A stretch of DNA of 64,000 bases from Neoconidiobolus thromboides FSU 785 (lineage: Eukaryota; Fungi; Entomophthoromycota), in contig MU626267.1 of NCBI GenBank assembly GCA_025603075.1, positions 145,454 to 209,453 on the forward strand, read 5' to 3'. A program made the translations under genes and the position numbers. The first letter of the stretch is position 1; each line of letters begins with the position of its first letter. The notes beneath the pieces were generated by a model. The model did not search any database, was not told where the DNA came from, and worked only from the letters and a program-made list of their open reading frames with translations. Shown here one piece after another: positions 48,210 to 58,585 of the stretch.

Positions 48210-48524
48210 AATATTGAAACTATAAATTTTTTTTATTAAGTACTTGAAGTTATAAAATCAGAAATTTTCTTAACATTTTAAAAAGATGAAATATTGAATA
48301 TACTTTTTATTATTATTATAGTTTTTTAAGTACTCTAAATACCTAAAAAAAACTTACACTAGTTAGAATACTGTTAAAATAAAAATAAGAAAATAAAAAA
48401 AACAAAAAAAAGATTCAAATATATATATACTTAAACAATTGATATAATAATGCATAGTATAATATGAGTGTATTTAGCTATGATAATTAGATTGATTATT
48501 ATAAATGAATAATAAAAACAATAT

Positions 48525-48622
48525 GGGAATGTTTTTTTTGACTTCATTATTTTTTCCATTTTTTAAGCGCTATTTAAGTGGAAAATTTGTTAGTAAAATT
48601 CTTAAACACAAAATACATCACC
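48525..48622 (+). mobile_element. MITE copy (young)
   Basis: ATAT|GGGAATGT...ACATCACC|ATAT. Confidence 0.9.
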
Positions 48623-48841
48623 ATATACTTAAAAGCCTATTAAATCCCAAATAGTAAACTATTTTATAAATTATTATCATCTAAACACTAATTTACTAAC
48701 ATAAATCAACTAATGCAAATCTGTCTTTTTGCAAATTTTTAATTTTTGTCTTTTTTACAAAAATTTAAAAATAACCACGTCATTCATTTTTGTATTTAAA
48801 AAAATAATAACTTCACATTTCTAATTCAGTATCCAAAGACT

Positions 48842-49966
48842 ATGCTAACTAAAAGAGTATTGAAATATTTTAAACCAATAACAAAGTATCAAAGGGCTTA
48901 TTTTGATTCATTTTCAGTAAGTTTTATAAATTTAATTGAATGTATTTTACTACATTCTAATTCTTTGTTTTTACTAGGGGAATTCGAATATTCAAAGTAA
49001 TTTAATCCCATTTGTTATTGAACAGACGGTAAAAAAAAAGTTTAATGTTTTTAAAATAGATTAATTTGATTTCATTTAGCCAAGAGGGGAACGAAGTTTT
49101 GATATTTATTCCCGATTATTAAAAGAAAGAATCATTATTTTAAATGGAGCAGTAAGTATTAATTTCATTAAGTTATTAAATCTCATAACAGCTTCCAAAC
49201 CAACCAACATTTTATTAACCTATTTTTTTTTACAAAATATTAGGTCAATGATAACTTATCTTCAGTAGTAGTAGCTCAATTATTATTTTTAGAAGCAGAA
49301 AATCCAGAAAAAATGATATCAATTTATATTAATTCTCCAGGTGGTTCAGTATCAGCTGGTTTAGCTATTTATGATACAGTAAGAAAATTAAAGTTATTAT
49401 TTTTTAGTTTATTTTTATAATCATATTTTTTTATAGATGCAAGTAATATGAAATTAATTTATTAATATCAAATAATAGAATTTTTATTTTAAAAGTATAT
49501 AAAAAGCCCAATCTCTACTTTGTGTTTAGGACAAGCATGTTCCATGGGTTCTTTATTATTAGCAGCAGGTAATTTTCGATATTTTAATAGTCAACTTTAT
49601 TTTAATATTTGATAATATTCAATAATATTTAATCATTTAAATAGGTGATTCTGGTAAACGATATGCCTTACCTAATTCTAGAATAATGATTCATCAGCCA
49701 AGTGGTGGTGCATCAGGCCAAGCTTCGGATATTGCGATTCATGCTGTTGAAATCCTAAAGACTAGAGAAAGATTAAATAAACTTTATCATTATCATTGTA
49801 AAATTCATGATATTGAAATTATTGGTAAATTAAAATAATAATAATAGTAAATAATAATAATATTTTTATTTATATAGAAAATGCAATGCAAAGAGATAAT
49901 TTTATGTCTGCAGAAGAAGCAAAAGAATTTGGTTTAATTGATGAAGTTTTAATAAATAGAAAATAA
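48842..49966 (+). CDS. CLPP: Mitochondrial ATP-dependent Clp protease proteolytic subunit (8 exons, absent from the ORF track)
   Basis: Spliced translation reads [99 protein letters not shown]; catalytic S, H and D present. Confidence 0.93.
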
Positions 49967-50013
49967 GAGAATCTATTTAATTTAACTTAAATACAATTTA
50001 TTTGATTTCTATA

Positions 50014-51868
50014 CTACCATTTAGTAGATAATCCAAGCGTTGTACTATTCTTTTCTTCTTTTTTAATAGGATGATATTCTGTATAAAAACTATTTAATAT
50101 CTCTAAATTTGTATTATATATATCACTATTAAACCATTGTTGATATATTAGTTGTAAATAGGGATTTAAAAATGGATCATATAAAACTGAATTATTATTA
50201 TTTCTTATTAAATAATGTTGTTTTTTCATTAAATATAGCCATTGTTTACTATCAATTAATTCATTCTTTAATTGTCCACCACCATTAATACAACCTATAA
50301 AATAAAATATAAAATAAATGTATTATTAATTAATATTATTTATATTATTAACATTATAAAATTAATTACCTGATGGACAAGCCATAATTTCAATAAATTG
50401 ATAATTAGATTTAATTTTATTATTTTTTAATTTACGTATTACGTTTTGTATATTTCTAAAACCATAAGCTTGAGCTATTTTTAATTGAATATTATTATTA
50501 TTATCCTAAATAATAAAAATATCTTAATTAATATATTAATATATTATAAATATATTAAACAAACTTACAATTAATTGAATTTCTTTAAAATCATTATTAC
50601 GTAAAGTATTAATTTTAAAATTCATTAAATTTAAATTACTATTATCATTATTATCTGGATTCGGATATAGAAACTCATTAAAATTAGCATCAAAATTAAA
50701 ATGATATTTAGCAAACTGATAGTAAATAAATTGAGTTAGTCCATCTGAATAATTAGTAGAAAAAGAGTATTTAGTTGGATTATATAAATATCCTTCCCAT
50801 TCGTTATTATTGCTATTTATGTTATTATTATTATTAGTAATTAAAGGATCTAATTCTATTGGAACAATAGTTGCCATATCAATATTTTTTTCTAATATAA
50901 TTTTTTCTAATTCGCCTGTTGTAATAACACAATCAATATCTCTAGTTTTAAATAAATCATTATAAAAATCATTTCTACTAGCTTCTAATTTTTTATCATA
51001 ACATGGCATTATTGTAAAATGATAAATATCTTCATATCTAATGTAAGTATTAATACAAATAAATATAGTTATTAATAATGCTAACAAATAAAACTTACTT
51101 TAAATTGTTTTCTTTTGCATAAAAATTCTTAACTAAACTCCCCATAATTTGCTGAGGTGATTTGACTTTTGATATATATGGTATAATAAACTCTTGGCTT
51201 TTTTCAGCATAACAAATCCAACCTAATAAAAAATAAATAATCAAATTATAAAAAAATCTCATTGAATATTTCAACTTACCTGGACAGGCGGATGTAATAA
51301 TTGGCAGTCCATCTCCTTGTTTACTTTTCTCTTCAAACTCTTTAAAAGCTTCTAATAACATCAAATCCCTTGCAATATTAATATCTATTACTTTAAAAAC
51401 ACCAATTTGTTTTAATACACCACATAATATTTTTCTCATGATTTCAAACTCCGTATTATATTTAGCTGAAAAGCTACTAATGACTTGTGGACTTATGCTG
51501 GCTATCACTGTTTTATTCGAGGCAATCGCTTTATATACTTCTATATGACTTTGTAAACTTACCAGTATACTTTCAGCGCTAGTAATACAACCACTATTGT
51601 TATTGATAAAAAATAAAAACAATTAGAATTTTTTTCTTATTAAATTATTAACACTCTTTTTTAATTACCTACAAGCCAAACAATCCGTTAAAGTAATATT
51701 TACTTTCTCATATTCAATAGGTCCCATATCTACTTCTCCTTCATATTCAATTTTAATTTCAGATGTATTAATTGGCTGTTTAGGCTTTTCAATGGGAATG
51801 ATACAGTCTTGACTAGGGTTGATATGATCATCTAAATCGGTTAATTTTAATCCACCACTGAAACTCAT
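50014..51868 (-). CDS. NAR1: Cytosolic Fe-S cluster assembly factor, hydrogenase-like (multi-exon)
   Basis: [81 protein letters not shown], terminal KW. Confidence 0.9.
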
Positions 51869-52765
51869 TATTGTTTTTTGTAATTGAAGTTGATGATAGT
51901 TTTGAGATTTTATTTTACTTTTAAATTGATTATTTCAAATGACTCTTATTGGATCATTAGAATAAAGCTTAAATTTAACAGACTAAGCAACTAGTTTTTA
52001 TTTCACTTATAACTACTTTCTAAATAGTTTATTCCAAACATAACAACTATTTGATTAATTTAATTAATATTTAGAGGTTAAACGATGTAAAAATAAAGTA
52101 ATATAAAATAAAATTTTCGAATATTCTTTAACAAAATATTAGAATCCATCAAAAAAAATATAAGCGTTGATAGATTGATTACTACTCCTTCTTAAATGCA
52201 TAGGATTTTGATTCAGAAAAAAAAGGTTATTGATTGCCATACCAGTTGTTTTTTACGTATAAATATAAAACCTATTTGCTAATAAAAATATCTAAATGTT
52301 GCAATAAAACACTTTTACGTTCAAGGCTTATCTGAAAGCCAAAAATCATTGGAAAATCTATTTTACTACTCTATTAAAATAGTGCGATTAGGCAGTTTTA
52401 AAGAACAACCAATCAATATTGTATTTGTAATTGGAATAGTTACTTCCATTGGTTAATTAATAATAATTAGCCAACTTAACTACTAGTGAAACATCAAGTA
52501 AATGAATTTTTGATAGATTTGAGAACCAATAGTTAACTTTTGATTTATCAGGCATAATAAAAAATACGAATAACTTCATCTAAAATTCAAATATCAAACT
52601 TGAATTTTTATTTTAAAAGTTAACAACAAATAGATATTCGATTGCTTTATTAATAGATACAATAAAAGCAATTAAATCCATTGACAATAAAACAAATCAC
52701 TTAATGAATAACAGATTCAAATCATCAATTATCAACTAAAGCTATTTGAAAAAGAAGAACCGATA

Positions 52766-53300
52766 ATGATGCACCCTCAATCCGTAACAATATGTCCCTA
52801 TTGTTCCTCTAATATAAAAGAAGTTCAATTTAACTTTGATGCTAAATTAATCACATGTAATAATAAACAGGTAAATTCAATCACCTTATATCTCCAATCT
52901 CACATAACTGATTTTTCTTTTTTAGTGTACCTTCCCATTCCAAGAGGTGAACTTTGAAGATTATGTGATTTTAATGGACCATCGAATCATGACCAAAAAA
53001 CCAATTAAGAAATTAAACTATCAACCTAATCGACCACCATTGTATATAACGGAAAGTACCATGGCTTCCATAAGAGAAGAATTACCTGATTTAGAAATCC
53101 CTAAAGAGTTTCAGTTTGCTACTCCATTACCTAAATTATCTTTTTTTCAAAATGGGTTTTATGCATTTGGTGAAACTATGGAAGAAGGAATACAAGGTAA
53201 AGCTGATTTATTAAATGAATTGGTTACAATGCCTATGGATTCAGCAACGAGTGAAACTACAAGTCCAGACTCCATTTATTCTTTAGTTAATTTGGCTTAA
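52766..53300 (+). CDS. Small protein with N-terminal CxxC...CxxxxC putative zinc finger (2 exons)
   Basis: Intron 52871-52925 fuses two track ORFs into CPYCSSNIKEVQFNFDAKLITCNNKQ/CTFPFQEVNFEDY... Confidence 0.7.
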
Positions 53301-53922
53301 AGTAGCTGGACAAAGTTTCAACCAAGTTTAGTTTTTTTATAGAAAAATACTTATTTAAATAATATTTAGATAAGTAGAATCATCTCATTTTAACTAATAA
53401 GCTTCTTTACACATATATCACATACATAACAAAAAAAATAGCAAAAGAGGAACTTAGAATAATATATTATTATCAAACAAAAGATGTTATTTTTTTCCTT
53501 TTAATTAATATCAATTACTCTACTCCCTTCAACTCTTCTCTTTTCTCACCAATCCAACAACTACCCTTTCCCTCTATACCTATATATTTAACTTATTATT
53601 TTCCCCTCTTCTCTGTTGGATTTTTCGATTTGAATTTTTAAAGCTTATTAGCCACATTACTACTTCTCCCCCATATCCCCAATCTTCTGACGCTTCTTAT
53701 CCATTTCTTCTCAACTTTGTTTTTTTCTAAAATTAATAAAAATAGAACCTTTTTTTGCAAATATAAAAAAAATTAAATTAATATTGTATTTATACTTTTT
53801 AAGTTTTATCAGCTAGTTTACTTTAAGTAGAAACAGTATAAGTTTAAATTTAAAGATAATGGCAATAGTATATATTATAAGATACAAAAAGTAATATCTC
53901 CAAATGAATGGATAAGTATAAA

Positions 53923-54004
53923 CGACAGCTACAGGATTTGAACCTGTGCGGGGAAACCCCATCAGATTTCAAGTCTGACTCCTTAACCACTCGGACAAAC
54001 TGTC
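53923..54004 (-). tRNA. tRNA-Ser(UGA), second copy
   Basis: Reverse complement of the 38936-39017 tRNA, with one difference in the variable arm. Confidence 0.96.
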
Positions 54005-54257
54005 TTAGGATAACATCTTGAAATAAAAAATATATAAAAAACAATCTCAAATAGTTACTCATTAAAGATTCTAATAATAAGTAAGTTTAAATGATTTAGT
54101 TTTTATTAAACATACACTTAAGTATCTTTGAATAAACTAGAATTAAAATTAAAATACTATACGCTATCCTATAAAGCTGAAGTGCTCCTCTTATGTAAAG
54201 TTTTACAAAATATCATAAAATTACTTGATAACATTTCATTAATTAGATCAATACATT

Positions 54258-54357
54258 GGGGATGTTTTTTTTTTATTTCATTACTTTTTCCATCTTTTAA
54301 ATGCTATTTAAGTGAAAAGGTTGTTAACAAAATTCTTGAATGAAAAAATACATCCCC
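54258..54357 (+). mobile_element. MITE copy
   Basis: GGGGATGT...ACATCCCC perfect termini; flanks CATT/ATTG share only ATT. Confidence 0.85.
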
Positions 54358-54586
54358 ATTGTTGACTAAATATTTCAAACATTTTAATAATAAAAAATTA
54401 AAAGGCAAATTCGTTTTAAAAGAGAGTATTATAAATAAGTATATTACTGCTATATTCCATTAAGACTAAAAGCTAATTATATAACTATAAATTATCATAA
54501 TCTTAAAATGCTACATGAAGTCAAACTTATAAAATATAAAATAAATAGCTTTTAAAATAAATAATTTATCATTTTATACAAACAAA

Positions 54587-55193
54587 CTATAACCAATCTG
54601 GTTTTGAGTCGTTTTTAGGGATCGGAACCAAATCAGTATCAAATAATTCAATAAATTGTTCATTCAAAAGACGTACTTTTTGTCCTGCATACCTTCTATA
54701 TTCTTCAAAAATAGCTGCTAAATTCCATCGCTGAAGTTTCCTTAAACAACCAACAACTGTTCCAGTTCGATGTCTTCCTAAATTACACATAATTAATAAT
54801 GGATAGTGGCTCTTGTTTAAGATCAAGTTCAAGGCTTCAACTACTACTTCTTCGGTTATTGGATCCCATGCGTTTGTGCTGGAATTTAAACCTAAATGAT
54901 GAAATTCAATCTCTTGGTCGTCAACAAAATTCAAACTGAAATATCTTGGTTTAACAATTTAGCTTTAATAAAATAAAATTAAACTTACAATACTTGACTT
55001 GGTTCTTCAGCGGCCATAAATAAAATATGCTTTAATTTTAAAGATTCTAGAAATGGAAAATTCAATTCATTAGGTTGTCCACATCGATATAAATCTTCTT
55101 CGATATACCCAAAGTTCTAGTTCCTTTTTAATACGTTATAGTTTATAATCTATATCTTTTTACCATTGGGGGAATTAGATGTTGATTGACCAT
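54587..55193 (-). CDS. OCA1: OCA1/SIW14-family tyrosine (dual-specificity) phosphatase (3 exons)
   Basis: LIPPM/NFGYIEEDLYRCGQPNELNFPFLE, intact CX5R (CNLGRHR), TGTVVGCLRKLQRW, EYRRYAG.KVRLLNEQFIELFD. Confidence 0.85.
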
Positions 55194-55272
55194 TATTAAT
55201 ATTTAAAAGAAAATGATTAAAAAATGAATTTGAAAAAAAAAGAAAAAATTTCTAAAAAGAATTGGATTAATT

Positions 55273-56130
55273 TTATGAAAAAAATAAAATTATAAAAATT
55301 AAAGCAAAAATGTAATAGAATGGTAATGGCTTATTAAAAAGTGCCAAACTTGCTGAATTTTTGGATAAAAAGGAAATGGAAGTGACTTCTACTTGTTTAG
55401 TAGCACTAATAGTAGGAATTATAGTAGATTGAGTATTAACCAAATCAATTAATTTTTTTTCACATTGAGTTTCACAATTAAAAAAAGCTTTAAGACTGGT
55501 CTCTGATTTACAGTTAAGAATACATGAAGTATTATCTTCTAACGCTTTTTTATCTACACCATAAGAAGTAAACAAGCATCCTTCATAATCTTTTTCATTC
55601 ACTTGATTAGTTGTTTCTTGACATTTTTTTAATTCGCTACCAAATAAATGTGTAATTTGACATTGACTCATACTTACTTTTAGATTATTAACTACAGGTA
55701 TTAGGCAACTATACAATTTACTTTCAAATGCAGAAACAAGAGCAATATCTTGATCTTTTATACCAACGGTTTGTTTAATACATTGTAATGAACAATCAAA
55801 GTCTTTACAACCATAATAAGTACAACTCTCCACTTTATCTCTATTTTTGGAGCCCCATTTTGTTAAAAATTGACAGGTTAATTTACTACCATCATCCATT
55901 CCTATTAATCCAATACATTTCACATAGTTCGTAAATGTTTCCTTTAGTTCTTTAGCTAATTCAGTATTGGATACTTGTGTTCCTTTTTTTGTGCTAAAAT
56001 CAATATCTTTTTCAATCTCACTTCCTCCCATACCTTCTCCTTCTCCTTCTCTTTTTGATTTATCATCATCTTGACAATTGATTAAGCTAACTAATAACCC
56101 CAATACAAATAGTACAATTAAAAACTTCAT
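55273..56130 (-). CDS. Secreted cysteine-rich protein with probable GPI-anchor signal
   Basis: Signal peptide, KR dibasic site, 14 Cys after the signal, Ser/Thr-rich stalk and hydrophobic C-terminus. Confidence 0.75.
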   Translation of the reverse strand: MKFLIVLFVLGLLVSLINCQDDDKSKREGEGEGMGGSEIEKDIDFSTKKGTQVSNTELAKELKETFTNYVKCIGLIGMDDGSKLTCQFLTKWGSKNRDKVESCTYYGCKDFDCSLQCIKQTVGIKDQDIALVSAFESKLYSCLIPVVNNLKVSMSQCQITHLFGSELKKCQETTNQVNEKDYEGCLFTSYGVDKKALEDNTSCILNCKSETSLKAFFNCETQCEKKLIDLVNTQSTIIPTISATKQVEVTSISFLSKNSASLALFNKPLPFYYIFALIFIILFFS

Positions 56131-56971
56131 TAAAAGGGATTTATTAAAAATTGAATATTTTAAATTAATTAAACTGTATATATATTAAAAGTATAGAAGA
56201 TATGAAATAAAATTCTTGATTTATTATCCTCAAATGAACCAATCATACGATACTCGAAGTACTCCAAGTTAACTCAATTTCAAATAGATTAATTAATTAT
56301 AAGTGAAGAGATAAAAAGGTCTTGCTTTTTTATCTTTAAATAAGTGAGTTTTATTTAAAAACTGTCTTCATTGAGAATTTTATGCTTTTGAAAAATAGCC
56401 TCAAAGAAGGTAATAGAAACTATTATTTATATGAAGCTTAAATAGACAAGCACTGTTTAGTTTGAAGCGGTTTTTTTTTAAACCATTTGTTCCATTTGTA
56501 ATTAAAATATATTTCTATTGAAGAATAAGTTACAGTTAATTCTCTTAATTCTATTTGAAATCTCGAAATTGATTATTAAACTATTTATTTCACTTTAATG
56601 ATAATATAGAGTTTAATGTTTATGTATCTATAATTATATATATTATATTATATTATGAAACTTTAAATTTCGATTTACTTTTATAATATCAGATATTAAA
56701 TCAATATTAAATTGTAATTAGGTTCTCGAAATTAGAATTTATATACAATATTTATTTATTGAATATCAACTATCTATTAATTTCAAATACTTGAAAGATA
56801 TGATGATATTAACTGTATTAAACTTTCTTTCATATTATGTTTGAATATAATATATGAGTACTTTGAGATATGTTAATTGCATAATTTGAATTTATAAAAA
56901 GTTTGTAATTATTTTGATTGTAATAATAATTTATTAAAAAACACATACCGAAATGACTAAAAGGATTCAAA

Positions 56972-58585
56972 TTAAGCTTTGATACTTTGATCTACTTCAT
57001 TATTAACCAATCTAGCAGCATCTTCATCTTCTTTATGAACATACCAGTATCTACCTAAGTAAACAAAAATACACCAAAAGAAAGTAGCAATACCAATATA
57101 AATCCACATTTTAATTTGTGAATCAACAGTACGAATACCTAATTCTAATGCCATAACAAAATAATTACCAATGGCTGTGGTTAATAGCCAAATTGAAGTT
57201 GAAGAGGCTTTCATTTGACGTCCGACTTGAGTATAAGCAAATTGTACCCCAGTGGGTGATAACATAGCTTCACCTAAAGATAATATGAAGAATTGAACAA
57301 ATTGAATTGTACCATTTAAACAATTTGGACAAGCCTTAGCAGCACCTTTATCATCTTTGACTAGGGAACTTGAATTGGCCTCTACAGCATATTGTAAACA
57401 AGTAGATAAAATAAAGGCAATAATACCTAAAGCATAACCAATGACCATTCTATTTAAAATAGTAATTCTTAAATTTCTTCTTTCAAGGAAAGGATAAACG
57501 ACATAAGTCAAAGTAGGAACAAGAAGAATAATTAAAATAGAATTAAGGACAGTTGAAGCTTCAGTTGGCAAATTAATAAAACCAAAATACATATGATTCA
57601 TCTTTTCATATTGATTTTGCCATTCAGTACTCTTTTGATCATATAATGTCCAAAAGAATATAATAGGGGATAAGATAACAATGACTTTGCCTAATAAACG
57701 TGTTTCTTCAACAAATTCAGCACCTACAATCTCTTCAGAAAACTTTAGCCAATGACCTTTAGCTATTCTCTCTTGTTTACTAGCTTTAAAGTAACGTCTA
57801 GCTGCATAGATGGCTGTTTTTAATGCTTTATATGGTAAAAATTCACCAACAGGAGGTACAATACGATAATACTTAAAACCAGCAATAAAAATAATAACAG
57901 CTAAACCGAATAATAACGTTGGGAAACCAAAAGCTAAGAAGAAACATTTTTGACCAAAACAATTCACTCTTTCTTTTAAATATGGAGTAATAATTTGAGA
58001 AATTAAAGACCCTACATTAATTGAAATATAGAATAAAGAAAAGAAACGATCAATCAAAGTAGTTTGGGTAGGTAAAAACTGATCACCACCATGAGATGAT
58101 ACACATGGCTTAATTCCACCAGTACCCATAGCAATTAATACAATAGGTAAAAGATAAGTCCAAATAGGATAACTACCATAAGGAGCAATTAAATTATTAA
58201 TAGAGAATATAGATAATAAGGCATTTCCAATGAAATAAACAGCTGAGAGATAAATAATTGTATGATATTTACCTAAAAAGGAATCTGATATAGCAGCACC
58301 GAACAAGGGAAATAAGTAAATTAAACCGTTAAATAGATGTACTTGAGATTTAGCTAAAGCAGCATCAAATCCATAAGCTGTTCTTAAATACAAATTCATT
58401 AAGTTCTTGATACCATAGAAGCAGAAACGTTCTCCGAATTCATTAGGTAAAATAAAATAAACAGCTTTAGGGAATTTATCATGAGCAGCAGCTATTTTAG
58501 CATCCAATTCAGCATTGATGATGCGTTCTTGTTCTAATAATTGTAACTCTCTTTCATCTAATGTCGTATTATTTTTTTCATCCAT
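56972..58585 (-). CDS. PTR2: Proton-dependent oligopeptide (POT/PTR) transporter
   Basis: NEFGERFCFYG (ExxERFxYY motif), GTGGIKPCVSSHGGDQF, FYISINVGS; start set at the second Met (MDEKNN). Confidence 0.93.
   Translation of the reverse strand: MDEKNNTTLDERELQLLEQERIINAELDAKIAAAHDKFPKAVYFILPNEFGERFCFYGIKNLMNLYLRTAYGFDAALAKSQVHLFNGLIYLFPLFGAAISDSFLGKYHTIIYLSAVYFIGNALLSIFSINNLIAPYGSYPIWTYLLPIVLIAMGTGGIKPCVSSHGGDQFLPTQTTLIDRFFSLFYISINVGSLISQIITPYLKERVNCFGQKCFFLAFGFPTLLFGLAVIIFIAGFKYYRIVPPVGEFLPYKALKTAIYAARRYFKASKQERIAKGHWLKFSEEIVGAEFVEETRLLGKVIVILSPIIFFWTLYDQKSTEWQNQYEKMNHMYFGFINLPTEASTVLNSILIILLVPTLTYVVYPFLERRNLRITILNRMVIGYALGIIAFILSTCLQYAVEANSSSLVKDDKGAAKACPNCLNGTIQFVQFFILSLGEAMLSPTGVQFAYTQVGRQMKASSTSIWLLTTAIGNYFVMALELGIRTVDSQIKMWIYIGIATFFWCIFVYLGRYWYVHKEDEDAARLVNNEVDQSIKA

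Noticed and set aside
27967-54343. ORFs 27967-28149, 53850-54062 and 54128-54343
   Set aside because: They run through MITE copies or a tRNA gene and have no recognisable protein features
7844-54357. CRISPR-like array interpretation of the recurring ~100-bp repeat
   Set aside because: Copies are dispersed, in both orientations, have TIRs and TSDs, lack regular spacers, and the DNA is eukaryotic
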